Source of the DNA: a virus
Lineage: Duplodnaviria > Caudoviricetes
DNA: 64,000 nucleotides
Direction: 5' to 3' (one strand)
IMG/VR virus record: IMGVR_UViG_2876643526_000002
Coordinates: 16,420-80,419 of that record
The notes below the pieces were generated by a model. The model saw only the letters and a list, made by a program, of their open reading frames with translations, did not search any database and was not told the origin of the DNA. Shown here piece after piece: positions 20,774-31,322 of this stretch; the first letter of the stretch is position 1, and each line of letters opens with the position of its first letter. A program made the position numbers and the translations under genes.

Positions 20774-23700
20774 ATGAAGGCAGAATCATTATACATACAG
20801 AAGTTGACTTACGATGAGAACACTGGTAATGAAATTATCGGTTTGTTCCCATCGGAAGCTAACCCTGCTATTGTATCATCATATACCTACGATACAAAAC
20901 GTATGGGTGGTGCTCCTACCCTTACTGCTACAATATATTCATCTGAGCCTTTGCAATGGAAGAAGGAAGAGTTCGTAGAGTACAATGGCGATAGATTCTT
21001 TGCGTCCTATACACCAAACTCTACAAAGGATAATTCGTCTAGAATGTGGAAGAGTGAAATCACTTTCACATCTAGAAGAGAATTACTTGATAACACTCTG
21101 TTCTTTGATGTTGTCGTTGATGATGTTGATACACAGAACAAAGATAGATACCGCTCAAATCAGACAAAGTTCACGTTTGGTGGAACTATCTATGAGTTTG
21201 TTGCTCGCATCAATAGTTCAATGGCATATTGTGGTTTGTATCGTCCTACAGATGAATACAAAGGATATTACGTTGTTGTTGACGAAGGATATGGAACAGA
21301 TGAAGTTAAGGAAGTATCATTTGAAGACCAATATTTGACTGATGTATTACAACTTGTCAACACAACTTTTGAGCTTGATTACTACTGGGATGGCAACGTT
21401 TGTCATGTCGGTAAGGTACAGCACGACTTAACCGATACACCTATCAAATATGGTAGTAGTGATGCCCTTATATCTGTATCTAAGGAGAATGCGAACTATA
21501 AAATAGTTGATATGATAACAGGTTACGGTTCATCTGATAACCTGCCATATTACTATCCTAATGATGACGAGTTTGGTGAAGCAGTTTTCAATACAGAGAA
21601 TTTTAGCAAATCCCTTGTTTCGTCAATATCACTTGGTGATGTTTGGAAATGGAATAGTGATGTTTACAACAAAACACTTATACTTAGTAAGAATAGCAAG
21701 GATTCTTATATTGCAAATGTATTTGGAACATCAAGCTATCTTATAACTAACTTCGGCGGTAAAGACTACAAAGGCAAAGGAGAAGAATCTAAAAATGTTA
21801 TCCCTACTTGTTCTATGGGAGAAGAATACACAGAGCATAATTCATCTACTGTTTCTAGGCTCATAGGAAGTACTACTATATGGACGTTGTTTGAATTTAC
21901 CAGTTCTGCAAAAGAAGATACTGTTAAAATGGACGGATTGTCTTTTGTAGCAAAGGAAGCTGATAGTGCTCTTAAATTCGGTTTAGAATTTAGCTACGAA
22001 TATGCCTACTATGTTGGAGAAAATACCAATATAGATACTGCTTACAAGAGTATTCAGAGTGTCCGTGGGGGAGGTTCAATGTCAGGAGAAGGCGGTAGCT
22101 CTTTTGGTAATAGTGATTCAGATGTAAGTAATGGATGGGCTTTTGGAGATAATATAGATGGGCTATCTAACTACACAAAGAGTAGTAAAAAAGAACATAC
22201 TTTTGAGCGTAATTCTACAAGTACTATTGTAATAGCCTGCAAGATAACTGCAACAAATATCAAAAAAGCAAGTGGAACTCGCAGAATGAATACTGTATCT
22301 ACGAGTATTTCAGGTAGTATAGAATTAACGCGCAAGCCGAGCAGTGTTTATTACTTTGAAACATCAGATGGGCATACTCAACCATACGATGAAAGCGGAA
22401 TCAAGATTAATGGTATAGGTGATATACCACATAAAGATTTGACGTTTTCGTTTGATGGTACATATTGGAACGCAACAGAAGGTGGAGAAAATAATGCCGC
22501 AAAAATAACGATTACAGACCGCGTATGGCTAGCACCATCATCGGTACTTATGCCTTCTATATATCGCAACACGAAAGGTGCAGAGCGTTTCTATTACGCT
22601 TTGAATAACACCCACAAGTTGCCAAGCGGTAATGGATATTACGAGTTTGTAAACTTGTATAAGAAAGGAAATCCTCATCAAGGAACTGTTACTTTTGATG
22701 ATATAAAGCCAACTATCAAGGGAATTGTAAATGCGGAAGGACAGTTATTCGGAGAGATTGCAGATGTTGCTTTTGATAAAGAAGATAGCGATGTAAAGGA
22801 TAGTGACGGAAAATATATTCATAACTATTTCTATATAAAGCTACATAAGTTTAATGGAGATTTTGGCTTTGACTTGTTTGCACATGCTTTGGCTAGTGAA
22901 CCTGCAAAGATAAATCTAATTAAGAGTAACGGATGCCCTGCTTGTTCGTTTACAATTGACTGCTATTGGAATAGCACAAATAATAAGTGCTATAACAATG
23001 TACTTACTGACGGAAATGGAAATTTGAAGTCAGATAGTGGAAAAATGAATAGCAAAGGTGATTATATTCTTAACGACACATACGTTGAGGATAACAAATC
23101 AAACCAAGATTCAACGAAAGAAGAGTTATGGATTGCGGTTCAGAAGGACACATCAACACTAGGTATCATAATGCCAAACGCGAGTGCTGGATTTAAACCG
23201 CAAAAGGGAGATTTGTTTGTTATCACAGGCATCAAACCTCCAAAGGTTCTTGTAACGGCAGCAGAGAAACGACTCGATGATGCTCTTATCAAGCACATGA
23301 GCGAAAACAATACAGACCAGTTCAACTACTCTGTTAAGTTTTCTCGCATATTCTTGCAAGAAAATCCTGACTTTGCAAGTAAGCTAAACGAGAATGCAAA
23401 GCTGTCAATACAAATACAGGGCGATTCGGATAGCGATGGAAATCTTATTAGTCACGAAGTTTTCGTCAGCAACTACTCTGTAAAGGTTGATAACGATGAG
23501 CTGGCAGAAGTTGAGATTGAGCTTGTTAATTCGTTGGAAGTTACAAAGAGTGATACGAAGCAGATTATTGATGCAGTAAAAGGAGAAACTGTTAAATCTC
23601 TATCTAGCATGGTTGGTGGTAGTAATACCAATAGCTTTAATGCTAGTATAACCGATAAAATGTATCTCTCTAAACTGAAAGACGATACCGCAAATGGTAC

Positions 23701-25036
23701 TATCACCTTTCAGAAGATTCAGAAGTTCTTGCAGGGATTGACAGCAGAAGACTTATCTCAATTTAAGAAAGGCGCGACCTTCGGGGAGTTCGTCCAGGGA
23801 ATGCTCTTCGGCACTGGCGGAAGGATTGACGAGCTGGGCAATGCCGAGTTTGAGAGTATCACATCTCGAAGCTCAATTATATCGAAGGAACTCATCGTGA
23901 ACAGACAGACAGCTATGGAGAGCAACTTCGTCTTTACGGAGAGCGGTATGGTTGAGTCGGTGACGGAGATTCCTGCGGCAACGGAAGGTGGCAACGTGAC
24001 CTACGACTTGAAGCTTCAGAAACGATGGGATAACGACTTTACGGCATTCAAAGAGAATGATGTTGTCTTGGCTTCCATCAATACCTTAGCAGAGAATGGT
24101 AAGTATTATGATATGTGGCTGCGAGTACTATCGGTTAACACCGTAACGAATACTATTACTGTAGTCTGCTACCCCGATGATGAATGTCCTAGCAAGAAGA
24201 ACTATCCACCTTGCGAGCTGGCAAGATTAATACGATGGGGAAATGCGGTGGACGAAGACAGACAGAGCTGCTGGTATATATCATCGTCTGAAGGGTTGCT
24301 TGTATGGCTCGACCACGTTACTAAGCCTATCATAGACAAGACGAACTACTCTCTTGCGATGGGCAAGCTGCCAGATGCACTATCGTTCCTCTTCCAAGAC
24401 TTCCCTACCGCCAACAAGCGCGATGGAGCGTTCTATGCTAAGTGGATGATGGCTGCATCATTCCAGCAGATAGACTATCAGGGCAACACAATCTACACGA
24501 CAAGAGACAGAGGCGTGTGGAGCTTGACTGTGGCACAAGGAGACAATCCTTACCGCAATGGAGACCGAACGATTGATACCGTCTATTACCTCGGGTGCAA
24601 GTGGCAATGCCTTGAAGACAAGACAACAAAGCCGCCAATCTACTCATCTACAGCTTGGGCATTCGTGGAGGGCAATCCGTATTTTACACTCGAAATGCAA
24701 TCATCGAAGCTGTGGAACTTTCGTCTCAACGACTTGATGGCAACGAATGCTGATGGCTCTTGGAAAGTATTCACTACTCTATCAGTAGTCGGAAGGCTCT
24801 ACAATCAAGACGTGACCGATTCTATGGTCAATGTGGTATGGACTAGAGACAGCGGAGACCCGACCGCAGACAATAAATGGGCACTCTCTCATGCCAACTG
24901 CGGATTGTCGGTTGATTTGACCTATGAAGACCTTGGCGGTGCTGCATTCAAAATAGGTAGTGTGACATTCCGATGTGATGCCGAAATCAAGGATGGAGAG
25001 ACGATGTATTCCGAAGATGTGAGTGTTAGTTTCTAA
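20774..25036 (+). CDS. Large tail-tip/baseplate hub protein
   Basis: 1420 aa; ITGYGSSDNLPYYYP, FDDIKPTI, GDLFVITGI motifs of Bacteroidota phage tail proteins. Confidence 0.75.
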   Translation: MKAESLYIQKLTYDENTGNEIIGLFPSEANPAIVSSYTYDTKRMGGAPTLTATIYSSEPLQWKKEEFVEYNGDRFFASYTPNSTKDNSSRMWKSEITFTSRRELLDNTLFFDVVVDDVDTQNKDRYRSNQTKFTFGGTIYEFVARINSSMAYCGLYRPTDEYKGYYVVVDEGYGTDEVKEVSFEDQYLTDVLQLVNTTFELDYYWDGNVCHVGKVQHDLTDTPIKYGSSDALISVSKENANYKIVDMITGYGSSDNLPYYYPNDDEFGEAVFNTENFSKSLVSSISLGDVWKWNSDVYNKTLILSKNSKDSYIANVFGTSSYLITNFGGKDYKGKGEESKNVIPTCSMGEEYTEHNSSTVSRLIGSTTIWTLFEFTSSAKEDTVKMDGLSFVAKEADSALKFGLEFSYEYAYYVGENTNIDTAYKSIQSVRGGGSMSGEGGSSFGNSDSDVSNGWAFGDNIDGLSNYTKSSKKEHTFERNSTSTIVIACKITATNIKKASGTRRMNTVSTSISGSIELTRKPSSVYYFETSDGHTQPYDESGIKINGIGDIPHKDLTFSFDGTYWNATEGGENNAAKITITDRVWLAPSSVLMPSIYRNTKGAERFYYALNNTHKLPSGNGYYEFVNLYKKGNPHQGTVTFDDIKPTIKGIVNAEGQLFGEIADVAFDKEDSDVKDSDGKYIHNYFYIKLHKFNGDFGFDLFAHALASEPAKINLIKSNGCPACSFTIDCYWNSTNNKCYNNVLTDGNGNLKSDSGKMNSKGDYILNDTYVEDNKSNQDSTKEELWIAVQKDTSTLGIIMPNASAGFKPQKGDLFVITGIKPPKVLVTAAEKRLDDALIKHMSENNTDQFNYSVKFSRIFLQENPDFASKLNENAKLSIQIQGDSDSDGNLISHEVFVSNYSVKVDNDELAEVEIELVNSLEVTKSDTKQIIDAVKGETVKSLSSMVGGSNTNSFNASITDKMYLSKLKDDTANGTITFQKIQKFLQGLTAEDLSQFKKGATFGEFVQGMLFGTGGRIDELGNAEFESITSRSSIISKELIVNRQTAMESNFVFTESGMVESVTEIPAATEGGNVTYDLKLQKRWDNDFTAFKENDVVLASINTLAENGKYYDMWLRVLSVNTVTNTITVVCYPDDECPSKKNYPPCELARLIRWGNAVDEDRQSCWYISSSEGLLVWLDHVTKPIIDKTNYSLAMGKLPDALSFLFQDFPTANKRDGAFYAKWMMAASFQQIDYQGNTIYTTRDRGVWSLTVAQGDNPYRNGDRTIDTVYYLGCKWQCLEDKTTKPPIYSSTAWAFVEGNPYFTLEMQSSKLWNFRLNDLMATNADGSWKVFTTLSVVGRLYNQDVTDSMVNVVWTRDSGDPTADNKWALSHANCGLSVDLTYEDLGGAAFKIGSVTFRCDAEIKDGETMYSEDVSVSF

Positions 25037-25051
25037 TGTTGAACTTTAAAA

Positions 25052-26305
25052 TTGAAAGATATGCCAAAAGAATTAGCAGTAAGTGCTGACAAGATGATGG
25101 ATATACAGGCAACCGCCTATTCCCAGTCTTGCAGCATAGAAATAGTTGGAAACATCATCAACAGGCAGCAGTATGACGGCATCGCCAACTCATATTCCCC
25201 GAATTACGCAATCCGTCCATGTACGATGTTTCCGTCATGCTTCCTCATCGACCCCGACAACCCTAACGAGACAGGCACATTTAACAGTCAGTTGGATTCA
25301 TTCAAATGGTCAGAGGTTTCAACTAGTGGAATTGTCGTAGTAGCAACAAGCGAAAAAGCCAGTGTGGTAAGTGGTTATGAAGCCACAACAGAGGGATTGA
25401 ACAAGGGAACTCTCTTCATCAAGTCTAACTCAGTTATCAATAAGCCGAGAACAATGCGGTTTGAGGGTAATTGGACTGACCCGATAAGTGGATATAAGTA
25501 CACATTCATAGCCAATAAGCCGCTCTACCTTGAAGACACCACTAATGCAAGGGCAGAGATTATGCTTGATAGTGCTCCTACCGTGCTTTGGAATCCACTC
25601 AAACACGCAAGCACAAGAACCATCACAGCAAAGGTAATGGTCGGTGCTATAGATAAGTCTGCGGACGCAAAGGCAAGGATATGGTGGTATCGTATCTTGG
25701 ATAACGGAACAAAGCAGCTTATCTCTTCCGTTGACGATTCCGAGAACTACGAGATTACCGCCATGACAAAGGCTGCTAACGGTCAGATTACATCTATCAC
25801 CGTCAACTGTGATATGATAGGTGACGGAATCGGATATGAGGTAAGAGCCTGCTATATCTACGAAGGAAGTGTTCCGTCTTCTCCTCGAACAGGAGACCCG
25901 AAGAAGGTTACCTATATCAGAAGAACCATTCCACCCCTCACTCCTCAGTTCGTAGGCGATGGCTTTGGTCTCAATTCTGATACAGCTTTCGTAACTTGTC
26001 GGGCTATCGTAAGTGACAACAAAGGAGTCATTGACCCTTCTGTATGGAATAAGATTATCAGAGCGAAGTGGCAGAAAGTATCTTATGGCAAGGTTGTGAA
26101 CAATGGCGTAGTCACCATGACTGAGAATGTCACGGTGTTAGGGTACGGAGAGATGTTCAAATGTCCTTTCGAGGCGAAGAAGAGTATCCGTCTGACAATA
26201 GAAGACAGAGGTGCTTACGAGCTGATTGTTGACGAGAATGGCAATACCCTTGTGGATGAGGATGGGAACTATCTTGTGTCAAGGGAAATTGACGAGAACA
26301 GCTAA
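25052..26305 (+). CDS. Tail structural protein (Ig-like)
   Basis: Beta-rich 417 aa in tail module. Confidence 0.6.
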   Translation: MKDMPKELAVSADKMMDIQATAYSQSCSIEIVGNIINRQQYDGIANSYSPNYAIRPCTMFPSCFLIDPDNPNETGTFNSQLDSFKWSEVSTSGIVVVATSEKASVVSGYEATTEGLNKGTLFIKSNSVINKPRTMRFEGNWTDPISGYKYTFIANKPLYLEDTTNARAEIMLDSAPTVLWNPLKHASTRTITAKVMVGAIDKSADAKARIWWYRILDNGTKQLISSVDDSENYEITAMTKAANGQITSITVNCDMIGDGIGYEVRACYIYEGSVPSSPRTGDPKKVTYIRRTIPPLTPQFVGDGFGLNSDTAFVTCRAIVSDNKGVIDPSVWNKIIRAKWQKVSYGKVVNNGVVTMTENVTVLGYGEMFKCPFEAKKSIRLTIEDRGAYELIVDENGNTLVDEDGNYLVSREIDENS

Positions 26306-26334
26306 TTATTGTTGAACTTTAAAAATATACGATT

Positions 26335-26697
26335 ATGAGATATTACGTTAAGGTAACTAAGGAAGTCGCAGAGGTAATCACCAAGGCTGGTGTTCCGCTT
26401 ACAATGACGCATGACGGTAATTGCTTGCTCTATCAGAGTGAGATGAATGATGTTCCTGGTGTTAATCTGAGTGCAAGAGCTGCCTATGCTGGCGGTGCTC
26501 TCATAGAGGAGTATTCTGCTCTAGCTGAGATTGACGGAAGTGTAGCTACCCCTGCATATTGCTATACCCCAGTCGAGTATGGTGGTGACGGCGATACAAG
26601 GAATAAGGATAACGGATTTGGCGCAGATATGCCAGACGTGTCTTCTGAATCTGAGGTATCAACAGATAAAAAGGAAAGCGAGGTAACAAATGAGTAA
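26335..26697 (+). CDS. Hypothetical tail-module protein
   Basis: ORF in operon. Confidence 0.65.
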   Translation: MRYYVKVTKEVAEVITKAGVPLTMTHDGNCLLYQSEMNDVPGVNLSARAAYAGGALIEEYSALAEIDGSVATPAYCYTPVEYGGDGDTRNKDNGFGADMPDVSSESEVSTDKKESEVTNE

Positions 26698-27769
26698 AGC
26701 ATCAATAACAGGACAGATTGTTGTGACAAGCAACGGAACGACAATCTACCCAATCCTTCAGTGTACGACAGGAGACGTTAATCAGAACTATGATGGCGAG
26801 TGGAATGCGCCTACTCAGATTTCGCCTGACTTCGAAGCTAGCGGTGCTAGGCATCCAGTCATAGTTATGCAAGCCTTTTCAGCAGAGCAGGGCGCAGGTA
26901 ATAACTTCGACCTTACAAGAGGTTCCACAACATGGGTTGTCGGCGGTGTGACGTTGGCGTTCAATGATTCGGGCGTTTCCACTAATTCGTTTGGTGGCGT
27001 GTCTGGTCATTTTACCATGGGGGCTGATGCTAGCGGAAATCCGACCCTTACGGTCAATAAGAACCTTGTGAAAATCAATAGCGGTGATTCGTTCAACATC
27101 GAAGCAAGAACAAGCCTGTCGCTCGAAAACACAAACATCAATCTTAAAGCTATGTACCCAGTCTATATAGCAAAGGGCGTTGTCAGCTCAAAGCGAGTGA
27201 ACATTCTCCCTACTTCAAGTACGAATCTGTTCACTATCACAGAGAAGGGCGGTAGCTGTACCGTCAAAGCAGAGGTGACGGAAGGAACGTCAGTGACATC
27301 TAGCGGATATACATTCAAGTGGTATCTGCCAGACTCTAACAACGCATGGGTACTCAAGCAGGATAGCGACTCTCCTACATTCACTATCAATGAGACAGAC
27401 GTTGATTCATCTATCCTCGTTATGTGCGAAGCATACAAGGCAGGAAGTTTTTATGCGTCAGATACCCAGACCGTCAATGACGTGTCGGATGAATATATCA
27501 TATTCCCGAACCCTACGGATGGCAACGGAAATGCTGTAGCTGAGAACTTCATTCAAAATTCGGGAGGAAGCATCGTATACGTTCCGTACATGCGCAAGCG
27601 TGGTTCTAAGGCCAATATCGAAGATGTCGCATTCAGCATGGCATTATATTCCAACAGCGGTATTCCTATTTCGGGAGCACCAACGGTAAGCGACAACAAG
27701 TTTACTGTTACGGAATCGGCAATACGTGCATACAAGGGCGCAGTTTACGTAATCACAGGTGTTAAATAG
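26690..27769 (+). CDS. Tail structural protein (Ig-like)
   Basis: Beta-rich S/T/G-rich; GYTFKWY motif. Confidence 0.6.
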   Translation: MSKASITGQIVVTSNGTTIYPILQCTTGDVNQNYDGEWNAPTQISPDFEASGARHPVIVMQAFSAEQGAGNNFDLTRGSTTWVVGGVTLAFNDSGVSTNSFGGVSGHFTMGADASGNPTLTVNKNLVKINSGDSFNIEARTSLSLENTNINLKAMYPVYIAKGVVSSKRVNILPTSSTNLFTITEKGGSCTVKAEVTEGTSVTSSGYTFKWYLPDSNNAWVLKQDSDSPTFTINETDVDSSILVMCEAYKAGSFYASDTQTVNDVSDEYIIFPNPTDGNGNAVAENFIQNSGGSIVYVPYMRKRGSKANIEDVAFSMALYSNSGIPISGAPTVSDNKFTVTESAIRAYKGAVYVITGVK

Positions 27770-27776
27770 TTAGCTT

Positions 27777-28922
27777 ATGACAAAGGTTTTAGCAGAAGTA
27801 ACTGGCTCAATCTCCTTCTCTCAGAGAGGAGAAAAAGGGCAAAAAGGTGCTCTTATGCGTGAACATGACGGTTTTGAATCGGGCAGCTATAAGTATCTTT
27901 CGGGTTCAGGTGAAGAAGCATACGTTGATGTTGTGTGTATTGAAGGCAAGTGGTATCAATGTACTAAAACGTATGACAACGCAACTTCTTCGCCTAGTTT
28001 GACCGATGGACATTGGACAGAGATGAGTAATTATAAATCAATAGCAACTCATCTTCTTCTTGCCGAGAACGCTACCATCAATATGCTCGGAACCAATCAG
28101 ATTAATCTGTTCGATCCGACTACTGATGGTAAGATGTTTGGCTCATTTAGGGTTGTTAGTGATGATAATGATTACGCTCTGTGGCTTGGCGCACCGAATG
28201 GGGCTGATGCTCCATTCAGCGTAAAGAAAGATGGTTCGTTATATGCGTCTAATGGTATATTCGCAGGAGAACTAAAGGGTGTGGTAGGCTCTTTTCATAA
28301 ATTGACTGCGGTTAGTTCTGATGGAAAGAAAAGCGCTGGTTCAATATATTTTGATAGTTCTGGCTATATAACATTTGATGCAGATATTTACAGTCAAGGT
28401 ACGAATCCAGAAAGGACTAGAGGTTGGCGTTTCTATGCTAGTACTATATGGAGTCGAGGTGCTTTTGGTCATAGTAATAGTACATTGGCAGTAATAAATG
28501 GGGCTAGTATGCGCATCTATCCAGACGGATACGATTTTGCATATACTGTTGTGAGACTAGAGAGTACTACGTATGACAATAAAACCGTATACAAAATTCC
28601 ATTGTATAGTCCTGATGATAAATCGGCCGGATGTCCTATTGATGTAGTAGTATTCAATTCTTCTAGAGCAAATGCTATACATTATTACGAGTTTGTACCT
28701 GGAGGAACAGGTAAGCGTTGGATGGCAATAAATGCTAATGATATTAATAACGGAATATATTTCTGTGATGTCGGTGGATGGCATCAACTTAATGGTGGAC
28801 AAACAATAAATCTTGTATATATAAACCCAGAATTACTTAATCCTAGTCAGAAGGGTAAGACCTATTTCGGTCGTGGTATCTTCTGGAGCGGAGAACATGA
28901 TTTGGATTGGTCAAATAGATAA
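27777..28922 (+). CDS. Putative tail fibre/receptor-binding protein
   Basis: RGEKGQKG collagen-like motif, APFSVKKDGSLYA fibre motif, aromatic-rich distal domain. Confidence 0.6.
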   Translation: MTKVLAEVTGSISFSQRGEKGQKGALMREHDGFESGSYKYLSGSGEEAYVDVVCIEGKWYQCTKTYDNATSSPSLTDGHWTEMSNYKSIATHLLLAENATINMLGTNQINLFDPTTDGKMFGSFRVVSDDNDYALWLGAPNGADAPFSVKKDGSLYASNGIFAGELKGVVGSFHKLTAVSSDGKKSAGSIYFDSSGYITFDADIYSQGTNPERTRGWRFYASTIWSRGAFGHSNSTLAVINGASMRIYPDGYDFAYTVVRLESTTYDNKTVYKIPLYSPDDKSAGCPIDVVVFNSSRANAIHYYEFVPGGTGKRWMAINANDINNGIYFCDVGGWHQLNGGQTINLVYINPELLNPSQKGKTYFGRGIFWSGEHDLDWSNR

Positions 28923-28942
28923 TCATAAAAGCAAAAATTAAT

Positions 28943-29239
28943 ATGAAAGTTAAGTTAGAACATCTCGAAGTATTTATGACACTCGACAAGAATCGGTGCC
29001 AGGTAGTTAACGCACGCAAGCAGATTGCAAACATCATCTACTCGCAGGGAGCAGGATTGGGGCTGGCAGGACAGGCTCTTGCCGTGAAAATGTGGAACGG
29101 CAACGATGACACAGAGTACACAGACGATGAAGTGAGAATCATCAAGGAACTCGTTGAACGCACTACCGCTCCTTGCTTCATTGATGCGGTGAATGCCGCT
29201 ATCAGCAATGCGGTATCGGTAGAAGCGATAGATAAGTAA
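28943..29239 (+). CDS. Hypothetical protein (possible fibre chaperone)
   Basis: Small ORF between fibre-like genes. Confidence 0.65.
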   Translation: MKVKLEHLEVFMTLDKNRCQVVNARKQIANIIYSQGAGLGLAGQALAVKMWNGNDDTEYTDDEVRIIKELVERTTAPCFIDAVNAAISNAVSVEAIDK

Positions 29240-29264
29240 CAATATCTTTTAAATACATAATATT

Positions 29265-30011
29265 ATGGCTATAAAGACAAGAAAAATCAGCGATTGGCTG
29301 TCTGCTAACGGACAAGCCATCACAAATGCTTCAGCGGCTAGCATGAAAGCTTATCTGGAGCAGAATCTCCGTTCCTTGCAGGATGGAGTGTACATCGGTA
29401 AGATTCAGAAAGAGTCGTGGGGTACTTACATGCGATGCGAAGCGTGGCAGACTACCAGCATCGGCATTAGCAAGGCAGACGCTGATGCTGTCGTAGTTCA
29501 GCATGGTAGCACACGTATTGGTATTGCCTTAACAGAACCTAGTGCTGCAATGAAATGGGGAAGCGTACAGAATGCTAGTTCTGTCGGATATCAGAAATCA
29601 ACCGATTGGAGCCTCCTCGATGGTCGAACTAGAACAGCCGCTATTATGGCGAGCAGTTACTATAAGAATGATTCCCCTTCGACATACGCAGTAGCTTACT
29701 GTTACAATTACGATAATTCGCATACGGGTGTCAATCTAGGAGACGTTGGTATTCCTGCCAAGTCTTGGTATCTTCCTGCTACAGGAGAACTCGAAATTAT
29801 CCGCTCTCGTTTCGAAACCATCAATCTTGCCTTGCAGCGTATCAAGAATGCAGGTAAGCAGAATGCTGATTTGCTACATCGGGAGTCTTACTGGTCGTGT
29901 GTTGAGTCTTCGGGTGGACGTGTGTGGGCTCTGAATTTCGGCGGTGGCAATCGGAACACCTACGGTACGGTTGACGATTCGCTTCGAGTTCGTCCTGTTG
30001 CAGTATTTTAA
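29265..30011 (+). CDS. C-type lectin fold (DUF1566-like) protein, DGR target
   Basis: WYLPATGEL and C-terminal SYWS..E....VW.LNF..GN......RVRPVAVF. Confidence 0.8.
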   Translation: MAIKTRKISDWLSANGQAITNASAASMKAYLEQNLRSLQDGVYIGKIQKESWGTYMRCEAWQTTSIGISKADADAVVVQHGSTRIGIALTEPSAAMKWGSVQNASSVGYQKSTDWSLLDGRTRTAAIMASSYYKNDSPSTYAVAYCYNYDNSHTGVNLGDVGIPAKSWYLPATGELEIIRSRFETINLALQRIKNAGKQNADLLHRESYWSCVESSGGRVWALNFGGGNRNTYGTVDDSLRVRPVAVF

Positions 30012-30057
30012 TCATTTTATCTCTTCACCCCTTTACCTCTTTCCGACCGCAGGTCGG
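29883..30057 (+). other. DGR variable region, IMH-like segment and downstream hairpin
   Basis: Variable positions are NNY codons; CCGACC-GCA-GGTCGG hairpin at 30043-30057. Confidence 0.7.
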
Positions 30058-30062
30058 GCAAG

Positions 30063-30284
30063 CAAGGTTGTGTAGGCTGGTGCTTGTCTGTATGCTGGTG
30101 GATAACGTTTGTGATAGCCCTGATATAAACCATCTATCTTGTTGTCATTGATTTCTTCAAGGTGACTAACAGTTTCTGGTATATCGGAAAGGATGTCAAG
30201 TTCCACCCTTGGCACTGGCTGGAGATAGCAGGGTTCGCAGATGTGTACCTCACGTATTTATTTGTAGAATTATTCATTATCTAG
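30063..30284 (+). pseudogene. 5'-truncated membrane-protein gene remnant with internal TAA
   Basis: GCVGWCLSVCWWITFVIALI*TIYLVVIDFFKVTNSFWYIGKDVKFHPWHWLEIAGFADVYLTYLFVELFII*; no start codon. Confidence 0.6.
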
Positions 30285-30285
30285 T

Positions 30286-30612
30286 ATGAAGATTGTAAAG
30301 AACAGATTCATTCCCCCTAGAGGTTTCAGTTACGTGAACCTCTTCGGGGTTCTCTTCACTCGAAGAGACAGACCGATTAGTGACGTAACATTCAATCATG
30401 AACAGATACATACCGAGCAGATGAAAGAAATGCTATATGTGTTCTTTTATCTATGGTATCTCATCGAATGGCTTGTAAGGTTGATTATCCTCAGAGATAG
30501 TCATAAGGCTTATCGGGCAATATCTTTTGAGAGGGAGGCTTATACCAATCAGTATGACCTCACGTATCGTGAGGGGAGGAAACGTTATCATTGGTTTTCG
30601 TATATATACTAA
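30286..30612 (+). CDS. HExxH membrane-associated protein
   Basis: NHEQIHTEQ, TM segment, ISFEREAY. Confidence 0.7.
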   Translation: MKIVKNRFIPPRGFSYVNLFGVLFTRRDRPISDVTFNHEQIHTEQMKEMLYVFFYLWYLIEWLVRLIILRDSHKAYRAISFEREAYTNQYDLTYREGRKRYHWFSYIY

Positions 30613-30618
30613 AAAGAT

Positions 30619-30654
30619 AAGGCGGTTCACACATGGTGACCGCCTTTCTTTTTG
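30619..30654 (+). terminator. Intrinsic terminator
   Basis: AAGGCGGTTCAC-ACATG-GTGACCGCCTTT-CTTTTTT. Confidence 0.75.
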
Positions 30655-30737
30655 CTAGCAGAACTTTCAGATTGTTACTTTTTATAAAGTTTAACACAAA
30701 AATATTCTCATTTCCGATGATTTTGTGCAAAAAAGAG

Positions 30738-30745
30738 TATCTTTG
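30738..30745 (+). promoter_or_regulatory. Bacteroidota -7 promoter element
   Basis: TATCTTTG after terminator, upstream of 30768 ORF. Confidence 0.65.
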
Positions 30746-30767
30746 CAACATCATTTAATTTAAATCA

Positions 30768-31319
30768 ATGAATTATGAACAATTAGCTATAGACAAAAGG
30801 AGGTTTATTAATATGACACTAGAACAAGAAGCCGAAGTCCAACGGTTGATAAAGGACATTGATGTGACGGAGCTGATGGATATGCTTAAGAAGCATGGTA
30901 ATCGGTATAGCAGGAGAATATTAAAGTTCTTCCGCTGGTTCTGCAAGTATGTGCCTATCATTATTATGTTCTTCCACGCATACGGCATTTGGGAGTTCTC
31001 TCAGCATCCACGTGAGATGTTTATCCCATATAATGAAAATATGCCTTGCTATATCTTTATTTATTTCATGGTTTACGTCCTGCCGATGGTGACGATACTG
31101 GCAAGTAGATTTTTCTTCTTGTGCCAGTGGTATCGCATTCCATTTATGTACTACTTAGGCATCAATGCGGCTCATATTGTAGAGTGGAGTTGGTACACAA
31201 CTAAAGATATGGTGGATTCCTGCTTTACGGTCATGGTCGTGACAACTATATTCTATTTGTATAGCTTTGCTAGAATGTTTGTTAATGATACGAAACTAGG
31301 ACGTAAAATTTGTGCATAA
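30768..31319 (+). CDS. Multi-pass membrane protein
   Basis: About four hydrophobic segments; true start may be 30810. Confidence 0.7.
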   Translation: MNYEQLAIDKRRFINMTLEQEAEVQRLIKDIDVTELMDMLKKHGNRYSRRILKFFRWFCKYVPIIIMFFHAYGIWEFSQHPREMFIPYNENMPCYIFIYFMVYVLPMVTILASRFFFLCQWYRIPFMYYLGINAAHIVEWSWYTTKDMVDSCFTVMVVTTIFYLYSFARMFVNDTKLGRKICA

Positions 31320-31322
31320 GAT

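Noticed and set aside
30033-30215. Minus-strand 60-aa ORF after the DGR target
   Set aside because: Antisense shadow of the plus-strand membrane-gene remnant
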